This document shows positions 1 to 10,618 of a DNA stretch of 64,000 nt, piece after piece. The stretch is taken from the NCBI GenBank assembly GCA_016927475.1, contig JAFGMO010000082.1, positions 13,564 to 77,563 of the forward strand, in the 5' to 3' direction. Below the pieces are notes generated by a model, which was given only the letters and a program-made list of their open reading frames with translations, did no database searches and had not been told where the DNA came from. Source of the DNA: Candidatus Aminicenantes bacterium. GTDB lineage: Bacteria; Acidobacteriota; Aminicenantia; Aminicenantales; Aminicenantaceae. How positions within the stretch are numbered: position 1 is the stretch's first letter; each line of letters begins with the position of its first letter. A program made the translations under genes and the position numbers.

Positions 1-1
1 A

Positions 2-2038
2 AATATTCACACAATCGAGAATCCGAAGCTCAGGAAAAACATTCAAGAAAACATCGACAGGTTAAAATTGAGCTACAAGCTGGCTTCGATTGAAAAAAAC
101 CTTAACTTGCCTTTCAAGCCTGAGGACGCGTCCCTTTCCGAACCGGACCTAGAGGAATTGATCCCTCTCCTCAAAGAACTGGAATTTTCCTCGATTATTG
201 CTGAATATACAGACAAACAAAAAACATCCGATGTGAGCTACACAACAGTCCACGACGAAAACAAACTCCGAAATTTAACGGAACAAATAAAAAAAGCAGG
301 CTATGTCGCCATCGATACGGAAACCGACAGCCCTTTTCCAAACAAGGCCAACTTGGTTGGAATCTCCTTCTCATTTGCGCCTCGATCCGCCTTCTATCTG
401 CCTCTACATCATGATTACGAAGGAGCCCCCGCCCAAATTCCTGAAGAAAAGGCTTTCATGCTTTTAGGAGAGATTTTGGCCGATCCCTCCATAAAAAAAA
501 CCGGCCAGAATATCAAATACGATCTCATCGTTCTTCAAAAAGCCGGCCTCGAAATCAGGGGTATTGAACACGACACGATGATCCTCTCTTACCTTCTTGA
601 ACCGAATTGGGGCAAACATAATCTCGGCCGCTTATCCCAGAGCTACCTGCAAACGAAAGCCACAGAGTATGAGGAAATCACCGGCAGGGGAAAAAACCAG
701 GTGACAATGAATAAAGTGGACATCAAAAAGACCACTCCCTATGCCTGCCAGGATGCCGATTTTGCTCTCCGCCTCAGCGCCATCCTATGGCCGAAAGTTA
801 AAGAAAACTCAATGGAAGACCTTTATAAGAATATTGAGATTCCCTTGATCGAGGTTCTCGCTTCCATGGAAAAAGCCGGTGTTAAGGTGAACGTTGAGGG
901 CCTCCAAAAATTATCCCGGGAGATCGAAGACGACCTGGGCCGTCTTCAAAAAAAAATTTATGAGGCGACCGGTGTGGAATTCAATATCAATTCTCCCCAG
1001 CAGTTGGGGGATATCCTGTTTGAAAAACTTCAACTCCCATCTTCCCGGAAAACAAAAAAAACAAGACAATACTCTACTAGTCTGGATGTGCTTCAGGAGC
1101 TGGCCGTCTCATTTCCCATTGCCCGGTATGTTCTCGAATACAGACAGCTGTCAAAGCTGAAATCGACATACGCCGATGCCCTTCCACTCCTCATTCAGCC
1201 GGACACCGGACGGATCCATACCTCTTACAACCAAACCGTCGCCGCTACGGGCAGGCTTTCCAGCAGTGATCCCAACCTTCAAAACATTCCTGTTCGTGGA
1301 GAAATGGGCCAAAGGTTCCGGCAGGCTTTCATCCCAGAAAAGGATTCTCTTTTTCTCTCCGCCGATTATTCTCAAATTGAACTCCGTGTCCTGGCCCATC
1401 TATCAGAAGACCCGGCATTAATCGAAACGTTCCGGAAAAATAAAGATATTCATCAAGAAACAGCTCTGAAAGTTTTCGGCGATTCCCTCTTTCTGTCGGA
1501 TGAAGAGAAAAGGCATAGAGCCAAAATAATCAATTTCAGCATTATATACGGAGCATCTGCGTTTTCTCTCGCCAGGGAACTGGGCACAAGCCAAACAGAA
1601 GCGCAAAAGTTCATAGATCGATATTATGAAAAGTACCCAAAGGTGCGGGAATACCTGGATGCCATCGTAGACGATGCCCGGCAAAGCGGATTTTCAACCA
1701 CCCTTTTCGGCCGAAAAAGGCAGGTGCCGGAACTGCAACACAAGAACCGGCATTCCCAGCAGGCCGGACGGCGGATTGCCCTCAACACACCGATCCAAGG
1801 CTCTGCGGCCGATCTTATAAAAAAAGCCATGATTGAAATTTTTTCAAAGATGAAGCAAAAAAATCTTCGGTCAAAAATGATCCTTCAGGTTCATGATGAA
1901 CTCGTTTTTGAAGTCCCCGATGACGAAACGAAGATGATGGAAAAACTGGTCAAGGAAAATATGGAAAAAGTTTTCCCCCTCAACGTCCCTTTATTGGTCC
2001 ACCTGGGATGGGGGATTAACTGGGCCGAAGCAAAATAA
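2..2038 (+). CDS. polA: DNA polymerase I (5'-truncated by window edge)
   Basis: Frame open from position 2; 3'-5' exonuclease motif AIDTET; Pol A motifs ADYSQIELR, RAKIINFSIIYG, LQVHDELVFE. Confidence 0.97.
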   Translation, partial: NIHTIENPKLRKNIQENIDRLKLSYKLASIEKNLNLPFKPEDASLSEPDLEELIPLLKELEFSSIIAEYTDKQKTSDVSYTTVHDENKLRNLTEQIKKAGYVAIDTETDSPFPNKANLVGISFSFAPRSAFYLPLHHDYEGAPAQIPEEKAFMLLGEILADPSIKKTGQNIKYDLIVLQKAGLEIRGIEHDTMILSYLLEPNWGKHNLGRLSQSYLQTKATEYEEITGRGKNQVTMNKVDIKKTTPYACQDADFALRLSAILWPKVKENSMEDLYKNIEIPLIEVLASMEKAGVKVNVEGLQKLSREIEDDLGRLQKKIYEATGVEFNINSPQQLGDILFEKLQLPSSRKTKKTRQYSTSLDVLQELAVSFPIARYVLEYRQLSKLKSTYADALPLLIQPDTGRIHTSYNQTVAATGRLSSSDPNLQNIPVRGEMGQRFRQAFIPEKDSLFLSADYSQIELRVLAHLSEDPALIETFRKNKDIHQETALKVFGDSLFLSDEEKRHRAKIINFSIIYGASAFSLARELGTSQTEAQKFIDRYYEKYPKVREYLDAIVDDARQSGFSTTLFGRKRQVPELQHKNRHSQQAGRRIALNTPIQGSAADLIKKAMIEIFSKMKQKNLRSKMILQVHDELVFEVPDDETKMMEKLVKENMEKVFPLNVPLLVHLGWGINWAEAK

Positions 2039-3155
2039 CCTTCTGATATACCCGGAATTTCTTATAAACCTTTCCCCCCATCCGTTCCATGGTTGCCCGA
2101 ACCATGGTATTTTCCTCAAGTTCGTGGTGGGTGTCCATAAACTTAAATCCCGCCTCCCGGGCAGACATAAGCACACTCACGCCCATAAGAGCGTCCAGGC
2201 CCATTCTTCTGTATTCCTTCTTGATGCCCCCCAAGAGAAGGTCGAGTTGTTTTGTTTTTTTTGCGCTACGAAGAATTTTTATAAAACCAAAGGGAAAAAG
2301 CCGTCCCCGCGCCTTCTGGATACCGATTGACATGTCCGGTATGCCGACGATGAAGGCCACGACCTGCCCATCCTTGAGAACTCCCTTTATAAAACGAGCG
2401 TCCAGAATGGAATAATATCTCCTGGCCAACTCCTCCATTTCCTTTTCTTTTAAAGGAGAATACCCATAGATATTACTTTCGGTATAAACCTCATTCATAA
2501 GATGAAGAAAGGGTTTTATCCACTTCTTGATTTCCCTTCTTTTCTTGAATTCGACAAGCTCAAAATTCCCCCTGCGAACGACACGGTCCCTTATGCGGTG
2601 AAAAAATTCGGGGATTTCCGTCGGAACCTCAAGCTTGTAGACATAATAATCCACATCTTTTTTATAGCCCATCTTCTCCAACATTTCCGGCATCCAGGGA
2701 TAGTTGTGATAGGTGACAATGGTAGCCCTCTCTTCAAATCCTTCGATAAGAAACCCCTCGGGGTCCTGGTCGGAAAAGCCATAAGGTCCGATAAGCCGGG
2801 TCATCCCCTTTTCCCGTGCCCATTCTTCCACGGAACGCAACAATTTGCGGACGAGCTCTTCGTCTTCCCCAGTCTCCAGGTAACCGAAGCGGGCTGTTTT
2901 CTGGTTCCTCAGCTCGTTGTACCTGTGATTGATGATTCCCATGATCCGGCCGACCGGTTTTTTCTCTCTGAATGCAAGCAACATGATGGTATCACAGTAA
3001 GAAAAATGATCATTCTTCTCCGCCCTGAAGTAACTCCATTCATCCATATAAATGGGAGGAACCCAAGTGGCGTGGCCGGCATGAATTTTTTCCGGAAGAA
3101 AGATAAACGTTTTCAAATCTTTCCGGGTTTTGACCTCCCTTATTGTCACATTCAT
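2016..3155 (-). CDS. GNAT-fold (YghO-like) N-acetyltransferase family protein
   Basis: Family-typical motifs W.PP, VGRI, FG..E, GPYGFSDQDPEGFLIEGF, YHNYPW, K.FRVYQK; 3' end overlaps polA convergently. Confidence 0.7.
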   Translation of the reverse strand: MNVTIREVKTRKDLKTFIFLPEKIHAGHATWVPPIYMDEWSYFRAEKNDHFSYCDTIMLLAFREKKPVGRIMGIINHRYNELRNQKTARFGYLETGEDEELVRKLLRSVEEWAREKGMTRLIGPYGFSDQDPEGFLIEGFEERATIVTYHNYPWMPEMLEKMGYKKDVDYYVYKLEVPTEIPEFFHRIRDRVVRRGNFELVEFKKRREIKKWIKPFLHLMNEVYTESNIYGYSPLKEKEMEELARRYYSILDARFIKGVLKDGQVVAFIVGIPDMSIGIQKARGRLFPFGFIKILRSAKKTKQLDLLLGGIKKEYRRMGLDALMGVSVLMSAREAGFKFMDTHHELEENTMVRATMERMGGKVYKKFRVYQKVILLRPS

Positions 3156-3308
3156 ATTCCTATGACTATTCTCCCCACTCCATTTATCCTATATTATTTG
3201 ACAAAAATCAATTTATTTTTCATGTTGACAACACACACTACGAATTTATAAACTTTTATTTCTTTATCGAACATGGACTAGGATGTCAAACTCTGATAAA
3301 AAAAGGAA

Positions 3309-4673
3309 ATGAAGAGACACACCTTTCCGCACGGAATACATCCCCCGGAACTCAAACATTTAACGGAAAGCAAGGACATTGAAACCGTCCCTGCCCCCGA
3401 AACTCTCGTTATTCCTTTACATCAACACTTCGGAAAGCCGGCTAAGCCTCTCGTGGAAAAAGGGGATGATATTTTCCTTGGCCAAAAAATTGCCGAAAGC
3501 GATGGTCTTTTTTCAGCCTCGGTCCACTCAAGCGTATCGGGTAAGGTGAAATCCATAGATCCCTTCTCCCACCCCGGAGGAAGCCCCGTGCCGGCCGTAA
3601 CCGTCATCAATGACGGCGAAGACCGGACTGATTCGAAAATCCTCAAAAAAGAAATGTCCTTGGAAGAAGTAGCCCGGCTTTCCTCCAAAGAAATTTTAGA
3701 AAAAGTAAAAGAAGCGGGTGTCGTCGGCATGGGAGGAGCCGCTTTTCCAACAGCGGTAAAACTGAATCCCCCTTCAGACAAACCCATTGACTGTTTTATC
3801 CTCAACGGCTGTGAATGCGAACCGATGCTCACAGCCGATGACCGGCTTATGCAGAAATATCCGCATGAGATCATTAAAGGTGCCGAGCTGGCCTGTAAGG
3901 CAACAGGTGCGAAAAGGATCATTATCGGTATCGAGGATAACAAAAAAAAAGCATACGCCCTTTTTTGCCAACAGGTAAAAAATTGTCCCAGTATTTTTCT
4001 TTCAGAAAGCGAGAGGCCTTTCAGAGAAGTTGCTCTTCTGAAAACCAAATATCCCCAAGGGGCTGAAAAAAATCTTATTTATGCCCTTCTCAAAAGGGAG
4101 GTTCCCCGAGGCGGACTTCCCTTTGATGTAGGCACTGTCGTCCAAAATGTGGCTACATCCAAGGCCATATGGGATGCCGTCAGCCGCAACCGTCCTCTGT
4201 ATGAACGCATCGTAACCGTGTCGGGATCAGGCGTCAATGAAACAAAAAATGTTTCCGTACGGATCGGAACCCCCATTTATCATGTTTTAGACTTCTGCGG
4301 CGGTATAAAGGAAGACGCGAACCTCTTGATCATAGGCGGTCCCATGATGGGCATTGTCCAATGGACAACCGACGTGCCCGTTATTAAAGGAACCTCCGGG
4401 ATTATCACCTGGAAAGTGAGTCAAGCTCCTTTAGAGTTTTCCTGTATTCGTTGTTCAAGATGTGTGGACCATTGCCCTATGAGATTGGTTCCCACTCAAC
4501 TGGCCAAACTTGTCAAATATGATCATCTTTCAGAGGCTGAAAGCTGGGGGATATTGGATTGTGTCGAGTGTGGGAGTTGTCAATATATCTGTCCCTCAAA
4601 AATACCACTTGTCCAATGGCTTCGCTTGGGAAAAACAAAAATCATCAGTAAAAAAAGGAAAAAGAGCGCCTGA
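3309..4673 (+). CDS. rnfC: Rnf complex subunit C
   Basis: GVVGMGGAAFPT, NGCECEP, KYPQGAEK, two CxxCxxCxxxCP clusters. Confidence 0.96.
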   Translation: MKRHTFPHGIHPPELKHLTESKDIETVPAPETLVIPLHQHFGKPAKPLVEKGDDIFLGQKIAESDGLFSASVHSSVSGKVKSIDPFSHPGGSPVPAVTVINDGEDRTDSKILKKEMSLEEVARLSSKEILEKVKEAGVVGMGGAAFPTAVKLNPPSDKPIDCFILNGCECEPMLTADDRLMQKYPHEIIKGAELACKATGAKRIIIGIEDNKKKAYALFCQQVKNCPSIFLSESERPFREVALLKTKYPQGAEKNLIYALLKREVPRGGLPFDVGTVVQNVATSKAIWDAVSRNRPLYERIVTVSGSGVNETKNVSVRIGTPIYHVLDFCGGIKEDANLLIIGGPMMGIVQWTTDVPVIKGTSGIITWKVSQAPLEFSCIRCSRCVDHCPMRLVPTQLAKLVKYDHLSEAESWGILDCVECGSCQYICPSKIPLVQWLRLGKTKIISKKRKKSA

Positions 4674-5647
4674 TGTCGAATAACAAGCTGATTATTCAGT
4701 CTTCTCCCCATTTCGGGGACAAAGACTCCGTTCCTCGAATTATGGTCACCGTCATCATCTGTTTACTTCCAGCCCTTGCGGCATCTGTTTATTTTTTCCG
4801 ATGGAGGGCGGTTATCCTTATTTTCTCCTGTACGGCGGCCAGCCTTTTAACGGAAGCCGTTATCCTCAAACTGAGAAAAAAACCCCTTCATTCCCTTTTT
4901 GACGGATCGGCCGTTATCACCGGTCTTTTGCTAGCCATGACACTTCCTCCTTCGCTTTCAGTGGAACTGGCCGTTATTGGAGCGGTCATTGCTATCGGTA
5001 TCGGAAAACAGGTCTTCGGCGGCTTAGGAAATAACATATTCAATCCCGCCCTCGTAGGCCGGGCCTTCCTCCAAACAGCCTTTCCCGTCGCCATGACAAC
5101 CTGGATTCCTACGGCAACACTTCAAATAGACACGGCAACATTTGCCACTCCTCTTGCCGAATTAAAATTCCAGGCTGCCGCCGCCCAGGGAACATTAGCT
5201 TCCTTAAAGGACCTTTTTTGGGGGAACACCGGGGGATGCGTGGGAGAGACGTCCGCTTTCGCCCTTTTATTGGGAGCGGCCTATCTTTTGTACCGCAAAG
5301 CCGCCGACTGGAAAATTCCCGCAGGAATTATTCTTTCTTTATTCTTGTTCACAGGGATCTTCTGGTTGGCTGATCCGGCAAAATACGCTTCTCCCCTTTT
5401 TCATCTTTTCTCAGGAGGCCTTTTGATCGGGGCCTTCTTCATGGCTACCGACATGGTGACCTCTCCGATTTCCGCCAAAGGGACCTGGATTTATGCCGTC
5501 GGAATTGGCGGTACCATCGGTCTCATCCGGCTTTTTGGCGGTTTCCCGGAAGGAGTCATGTATTCCATTCTTTTTTGGAATACCTTTGTTCCTTTACTTA
5601 ACCGTTACACGCGCCCGCGCATTCTGGGAGAAAGGAGAAAGAGTTGA
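4673..5647 (+). CDS. rnfD: Rnf complex subunit D
   Basis: SSPH, KQVFGGLGNNIFNPALVGR, ATPL flavinylation site, FFMATD.VTSP. Confidence 0.96.
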   Translation: MSNNKLIIQSSPHFGDKDSVPRIMVTVIICLLPALAASVYFFRWRAVILIFSCTAASLLTEAVILKLRKKPLHSLFDGSAVITGLLLAMTLPPSLSVELAVIGAVIAIGIGKQVFGGLGNNIFNPALVGRAFLQTAFPVAMTTWIPTATLQIDTATFATPLAELKFQAAAAQGTLASLKDLFWGNTGGCVGETSAFALLLGAAYLLYRKAADWKIPAGIILSLFLFTGIFWLADPAKYASPLFHLFSGGLLIGAFFMATDMVTSPISAKGTWIYAVGIGGTIGLIRLFGGFPEGVMYSILFWNTFVPLLNRYTRPRILGERRKS

Positions 5648-6225
5648 ATCTTTCCGCCAGAATGATCATTGTTCTGACATCCGTCGGTTTGATCTCGGGC
5701 TCCTTTTTAACGGGGGTAGATCTTCTCACAAGAAGCCGGATTGAAGCCAACCGGCAAAGGGAAATCAAGGACGCCATTACCCGGGTTGTTCCCGGAACAG
5801 AAACCAGCAATATCGTCTATGAAGAAAAATCTTTTACCATATATGAGGGAAAGGATAAAAGCGGCCAAAGGGCCGGATTCGCACTGTACACTTCGGGTAC
5901 AGGCTTTCAGGACAAAATTACTCTTATGATCGGAACGGATGAAAGCTTTTCGACGCTTAACCGCTTGTTTATTCTTGAACAAAAAGAAACCCCCGGGCTT
6001 GGTGCAAAAATTACAGAGTGGGATGAATTTCTTCGCTTCTGGGAAAACAGAGACTGCAGCCAGTCGCTTTCTCTCCGTAATCCACCGGCCGATAGCCCGG
6101 ACGATCTTTCCTATTCAGAAGTTAATACCATAACCGGAGCGACAATATCGTCAGAGGCAGTCCTTGACATCGTGAATTTTTCGATCGAAAAGGCCAAAAC
6201 TCTCCACAAGGAAGGAAAAATCTGA
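5644..6225 (+). CDS. rnfG: Rnf complex subunit G
   Basis: ETPGLG and TITGATISS FMN-binding motif; operon position. Confidence 0.93.
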   Translation: MNLSARMIIVLTSVGLISGSFLTGVDLLTRSRIEANRQREIKDAITRVVPGTETSNIVYEEKSFTIYEGKDKSGQRAGFALYTSGTGFQDKITLMIGTDESFSTLNRLFILEQKETPGLGAKITEWDEFLRFWENRDCSQSLSLRNPPADSPDDLSYSEVNTITGATISSEAVLDIVNFSIEKAKTLHKEGKI

Positions 6226-6237
6226 GGCAGGAATAAA

Positions 6238-6849
6238 ATGGCAACAAAAAGCATCAGCGCGGAATTTACAAAGGGGTTTTGGGATGAAAACCCTGTTTTC
6301 CGCCAACTTTTAGGGATGTGTCCTACCCTTGCGGTGACGACTGCCGTGATCAACGGGATCGCTATGGGCTTGGCCACAAGTTTCGTCCTCATTTTTAGTT
6401 CTCTCGTTGTTTCATCCATCAAAAAGATTATTCCCAGTCAAGTTCGCATCGCCAGCTATATCGTTATTATCGCTACTTTTGTGACCATGGCCGATAGGTT
6501 TCTTGCGGCCTTTTTTCCTCCCATTTCTAAAAATCTCGGTCCCTATGTCCCCTTGATTGTCGTCAACTGCATTATTCTTGGCCGCCAGGAGGCGTTTTCC
6601 TCAAAAAATTCCATCGGCCGTTCCTTGATAGATGCTCTTGGTATGAGCTGTGGATTTATTCTGGCCCTTCTTCTTCTGAGTTCCATCCGGGAACTTCTGG
6701 GAAGCGGAGGGATACTGGGCCACCAGATTTTGGGTTCTTGGTTCAAACCGTGGATCATCATGATTCTTCCCGCTGGAGCTTTTTTAACCTTGGGGCTGCT
6801 TCTAGGTCTGGCTCTCTTTATCGAAAGCAAAACAAAGCCTGGGAGATAA
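6238..6849 (+). CDS. rnfE: Rnf complex subunit E
   Basis: ENPVFRQLLGMCPTLAVT, PLIVVNCIILGR. Confidence 0.95.
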   Translation: MATKSISAEFTKGFWDENPVFRQLLGMCPTLAVTTAVINGIAMGLATSFVLIFSSLVVSSIKKIIPSQVRIASYIVIIATFVTMADRFLAAFFPPISKNLGPYVPLIVVNCIILGRQEAFSSKNSIGRSLIDALGMSCGFILALLLLSSIRELLGSGGILGHQILGSWFKPWIIMILPAGAFLTLGLLLGLALFIESKTKPGR

Positions 6850-6853
6850 CACC

Positions 6854-7429
6854 GTGGAATTACTGGCAATATTCATATCAGCGATCCTGATCAATAATTT
6901 TGTTCTGCATTATTTTTTAGGCATCTGTCCTTTTCTCGGTGTGTCAAAAAAAATCGACTCAGCCGTCTCCATGGGCCTTGCCGTTACCTTCGTCATGACC
7001 ATCACGGCCGTTGTTTCATGGATAATAAATCACTGGATTCTCATTCCCAAAAAACTGGAATATCTCCAGATTGTCTCATTCATACTGGTCATCGCTTCTC
7101 TTGTCCAGCTTGTCGAGATGTTTATACGCAAAGCCAGCCCTCCTCTTTATCAAGCCCTTGGTATTTACCTTCCGCTCATTACGACAAACTGTGCCATCAT
7201 GGGGTTGGCTCTCCTGGCGGTGTTGAAAGAATACAAATTCCTGGAAACGGTTATATTCGGATTTGGATCCGGTATCGGTTTCACTCTGGCCATCGTTCTG
7301 ATGGCGGGAATACGGGAGCAACTTGAACTTGCAGATGTACCAGAGCCTCTTAAAGGGGCAGGGATATCGTTGATCGTAGCCGGCATAATGGCCCTCGCCT
7401 TCACCGGCTTCTCCGGAATGATTAAATGA
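6854..7429 (+). CDS. rnfA: Rnf complex subunit A
   Basis: NNFVL..FLGICPFLGVS, LGIYLPLITTNCA. Confidence 0.96.
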   Translation: MELLAIFISAILINNFVLHYFLGICPFLGVSKKIDSAVSMGLAVTFVMTITAVVSWIINHWILIPKKLEYLQIVSFILVIASLVQLVEMFIRKASPPLYQALGIYLPLITTNCAIMGLALLAVLKEYKFLETVIFGFGSGIGFTLAIVLMAGIREQLELADVPEPLKGAGISLIVAGIMALAFTGFSGMIK

Positions 7430-8226
7430 CGAACATCTTATGGCCTATCATAACCATGGGAGCTCTTGGGCTTCTTTTCTCCATCGGGTTGGTCCTGGCT
7501 TATAAAAAGCTTCGGGTTGAAGAAGATCCAAGAGTCGTCAAAATATCAGAAGTTCTTCCTCAGGCTAACTGCGGGGCTTGCGGTTATTCAGGCTGCAGAG
7601 CCTTTGCAGAGGCCGTCGTTAAGGGCGAAGCCTCTCCGAACGGCTGTCCTGTCGGCGGAGGGGAAGCCTCCGAACAAATTGCGGATATACTTGGTGTCAA
7701 AGTCGAAGATACCGCAAAAAAAGTTGCGCGAGTTCTTTGCCGGGGCTCTCTTGAGGCAGCAAAAGACAGAGGGTTTTACACGGGAATATCCACCTGCGCC
7801 GCTGCCCATCTTATTGGCGGGAACAAGCAGTGTTCTTTTGGATGTCTTGGTTTTGGTGACTGCGCCCGGGCCTGCCCTTTCGACGCTATAGAGATGGGAA
7901 AAGACGGTCTTCCGGTTATATCAGAGGAAAAATGCACTGCCTGCGGGATTTGTGTTGAAGAATGTCCCAGAGATATCATCGAACTCTATCCTGTTTCACA
8001 AGATATTCTTGTCTTCTGCCGGTCACGTGATAAAGCCGCTCTATCCCGAAAATTCTGTAAAAACGCCTGCATCGCCTGCGGAATATGCGTCAGGGCCTGT
8101 CCCGAAGGGATTATTCTCGAAGACAACCTCGCAAAAATTGCGGATTACAGTAAAATCAAAGAAGAACACATTCCGGCCATCGAAAAGTGCCCGACAAAGG
8201 CCATCGGCCGTATCAGCCAAGAATAA
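7426..8226 (+). CDS. rnfB: Rnf complex subunit B (polyferredoxin)
   Basis: LPQANCGACGYSGC plus several ferredoxin CxxCxxCxxxCP motifs. Confidence 0.95.
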   Translation: MTNILWPIITMGALGLLFSIGLVLAYKKLRVEEDPRVVKISEVLPQANCGACGYSGCRAFAEAVVKGEASPNGCPVGGGEASEQIADILGVKVEDTAKKVARVLCRGSLEAAKDRGFYTGISTCAAAHLIGGNKQCSFGCLGFGDCARACPFDAIEMGKDGLPVISEEKCTACGICVEECPRDIIELYPVSQDILVFCRSRDKAALSRKFCKNACIACGICVRACPEGIILEDNLAKIADYSKIKEEHIPAIEKCPTKAIGRISQE

Positions 8227-8227
8227 A

Positions 8228-8671
8228 ATGACGGACAAAGCACTGGTCATTCGAATTGATGATAATGGCTTTGCCTATGTTAAGATAGACGCGCAGAAAG
8301 CATGTAATGAATGCAGCGCACGCCACATATGCAGCGGACTAAAGAATGAAAGCGGCCTTCTTGTGGCCGTTAATCCCATGGGAGCAAAAACAGGGGATGA
8401 AGTAACCTTAAATATTCCTGAAGGAACATACAACAGAGATCTTATTCTTCTCTTCGGAGTTCTCCTTACCGCTCTTGTTTTGGGAACAGTAATGGGTTAT
8501 CTATTATCCCCCATTTTCCATACCAATCCTTCAAAATCAGGACTTTTTGGTCTTTTTCTTATCCTTATTCCGTCCGGGGTTTTCCTCTTTCGTTATCTAA
8601 AAAAAAAGAGTAGAATAGAACACTATCCGGTTATCATAGATATCCTGAATAAAGGAGTCCGCAATGGATAG
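8228..8671 (+). CDS. RseC/MucC family protein
   Basis: ATG 1 nt after the rnfB stop (preferred over the track start 7952); ACNECSARHIC motif, NPMGAKTGDEV, two C-terminal TM helices. Confidence 0.8.
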   Translation: MTDKALVIRIDDNGFAYVKIDAQKACNECSARHICSGLKNESGLLVAVNPMGAKTGDEVTLNIPEGTYNRDLILLFGVLLTALVLGTVMGYLLSPIFHTNPSKSGLFGLFLILIPSGVFLFRYLKKKSRIEHYPVIIDILNKGVRNG

Positions 8672-9392
8672 ACGGAATTTTTTAAAAAAGATGGTCTACA
8701 CTCCGATCTTCACGCCTCTCTTGTTATCACAATCATCAAAACAAGATCACCTTGAGCTGTTTGTTATTTCGGAATCTCCCGCCAGCGTACTCGGAGTCCT
8801 TCTAAAAGAGATCAAAAAGTATGTTCTTGTATCAGGAACTGACTATTTTCTCTCTCCGTCACATCCACAAAAAAAGCTATTAAAAAATGGACTGTCACGC
8901 TTTGGATGGAAAGAATCCTCTTCGACCCAAAAGGCTAATCTTTTCCTTAATTACCAGATTTTAGAAAAGGATTCTTTACCGTCGTTCACCCTAGTTAGAA
9001 ACGGGAAAGTACAAGACATCAGATCAAGAGAATTCTATTCTATCTGGAAAAACATGTACAGATATCAACCCGCATCCAGACTTGTCACATCAGCCTGTTT
9101 AAAAAATACAGGTCTCCTTCCCGGATCCTCCGCCACTGTCTCTATCTCAGGAAAAACGATAGAAATATTTTCTCTGGATAAAAAAAGGCTCCTCACTTAC
9201 ACCACGCCAACAGGAAAAGTTACTATCGCTGTGGAAAACGGCAAGGTCCGAGTATTGGATTCCGATTGTCAAAACAAAATCTGTACATATACCGCGCCAA
9301 TATCTTTATCCGGAGAAAGAATCATCTGTGCACCGAATCATTTTTTTGTTGAGATAAACGGAGAAACCCCCATAGATACCATTATCGGATAG
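8664..9392 (+). CDS. NusG domain II-containing protein with Tat-like N-terminus
   Basis: N-terminal DRRNFLKK; C-terminal VRVLDSDCQNKIC...IICAPN matches the NusG-II cysteine pattern. Confidence 0.7.
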   Translation: MDRRNFLKKMVYTPIFTPLLLSQSSKQDHLELFVISESPASVLGVLLKEIKKYVLVSGTDYFLSPSHPQKKLLKNGLSRFGWKESSSTQKANLFLNYQILEKDSLPSFTLVRNGKVQDIRSREFYSIWKNMYRYQPASRLVTSACLKNTGLLPGSSATVSISGKTIEIFSLDKKRLLTYTTPTGKVTIAVENGKVRVLDSDCQNKICTYTAPISLSGERIICAPNHFFVEINGETPIDTIIG

Positions 9393-9403
9393 TCCCCACC
9401 AAA

Positions 9404-10504
9404 TTAAAGTTTCATCGGCATAAGGACATAATTGTACTTCATTCCTTCTTCGGATTCAGGACGCATTAAAACTGCGCTATCTTTATCCTTAAACTCAAAA
9501 ACAACCTTTTCTGATTTTACCGTTGTCAAAAAATCCAGAATATACTGAGAGTTAAAACCGATTTCCATCTCTTTTCCACTGTAATCCAGAGAAATATTAT
9601 CCCTCGCCTCTCCCATCTCCGGGTTGGATGAGAATAAACGAATGAGATTTTTTTCAATAGAAAGTTTTATTCCCCGTGATCTTTCGGTCGAAAGAAGAGA
9701 AACCCTTCTTATGGAATCGGTGATTGCCTCCCGTGAAATACTGGCTTTATACGGATTGTCTTTGGGAAGGACAGCCTCAAAATTGGGAAATTTTCCTTCG
9801 ATAATCCGTGAAACCATCGTTCTATTCTTTATCCTGAAGAAAAGATTACTTTCATCAAGGTCAAACTCGAGACTCTCATCTTCAAACTTCCTCAGCTCAT
9901 TGAGGGTTTTTTTTGAGACAATCACTCTAATCTCTTCCCCCCAGGATGTGTTTTCGAGAGATTTTGATACGTAAGCCAGCCTGTGCCCATCCGTGCTTAC
10001 CATTTCAAGCTTGCCGTCTTTCAGAATCAAAAGTGCTCCATTGAGGTAATAACGATGTTCCTGTGTAATGGCGAAATAAACACTTTCGATCATATCTTGA
10101 AGAACATCAAGGGGAATAACAATGTTTTTTTCGAATTTCGATTCAGGCATCTGAGGATAATCTTCTTTTGGAAGACAGAGAACCTTAAACTCCGTCTCGC
10201 CCGAAGTGATACGCATCACAAGGTCGTTTTCCTCACTAAAGATAATAGGTTTTCCTTCGGGTAATGATTTAACAATCTCAAAAATTTTCTTTCCTGATAT
10301 TGTTATCGATCCTTTTTCTTCGCCTTTTGCCGGAGAATATGTTTTTAACCCAACCTCAAGGTCTGTTCCCGTCATATCAACCCGGTCTTCATAAACATCG
10401 AGTAAAATATTCGCAAGAATAGGCATAGTGTTCCTTTTTTCAACAATTCCTTGGAAAAGATGAAGTTCTGGAATTAAATCTTCTTTTTTTAAGGAGAATC
10501 TCAT
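9404..10504 (-). CDS. dnaN: DNA polymerase III beta sliding clamp
   Basis: TMPILAN, TDLEV, STDGHRL, GFNSQY, VLMPMK; directly downstream of dnaA. Confidence 0.97.
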   Translation of the reverse strand: MRFSLKKEDLIPELHLFQGIVEKRNTMPILANILLDVYEDRVDMTGTDLEVGLKTYSPAKGEEKGSITISGKKIFEIVKSLPEGKPIIFSEENDLVMRITSGETEFKVLCLPKEDYPQMPESKFEKNIVIPLDVLQDMIESVYFAITQEHRYYLNGALLILKDGKLEMVSTDGHRLAYVSKSLENTSWGEEIRVIVSKKTLNELRKFEDESLEFDLDESNLFFRIKNRTMVSRIIEGKFPNFEAVLPKDNPYKASISREAITDSIRRVSLLSTERSRGIKLSIEKNLIRLFSSNPEMGEARDNISLDYSGKEMEIGFNSQYILDFLTTVKSEKVVFEFKDKDSAVLMRPESEEGMKYNYVLMPMKL

Positions 10505-10618
10505 TTTTCCACCTTTCTACAGGTCATTCTTTTTCTTAATAATATTAAATAATATTTCATTAATTAAAATCAAATGAATTGTTGAAATGTGAATTTTCAC
10601 TCTAATTTATTGATTTAA
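10505..10618 (-). promoter_or_regulatory. oriC unwinding region: tandem degenerate DnaA boxes followed by an AT-rich tract
   Basis: Minus strand AAATTCACA-TTTCAACA (10580-10596) followed by nearly pure A/T sequence towards dnaN. Confidence 0.6.
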
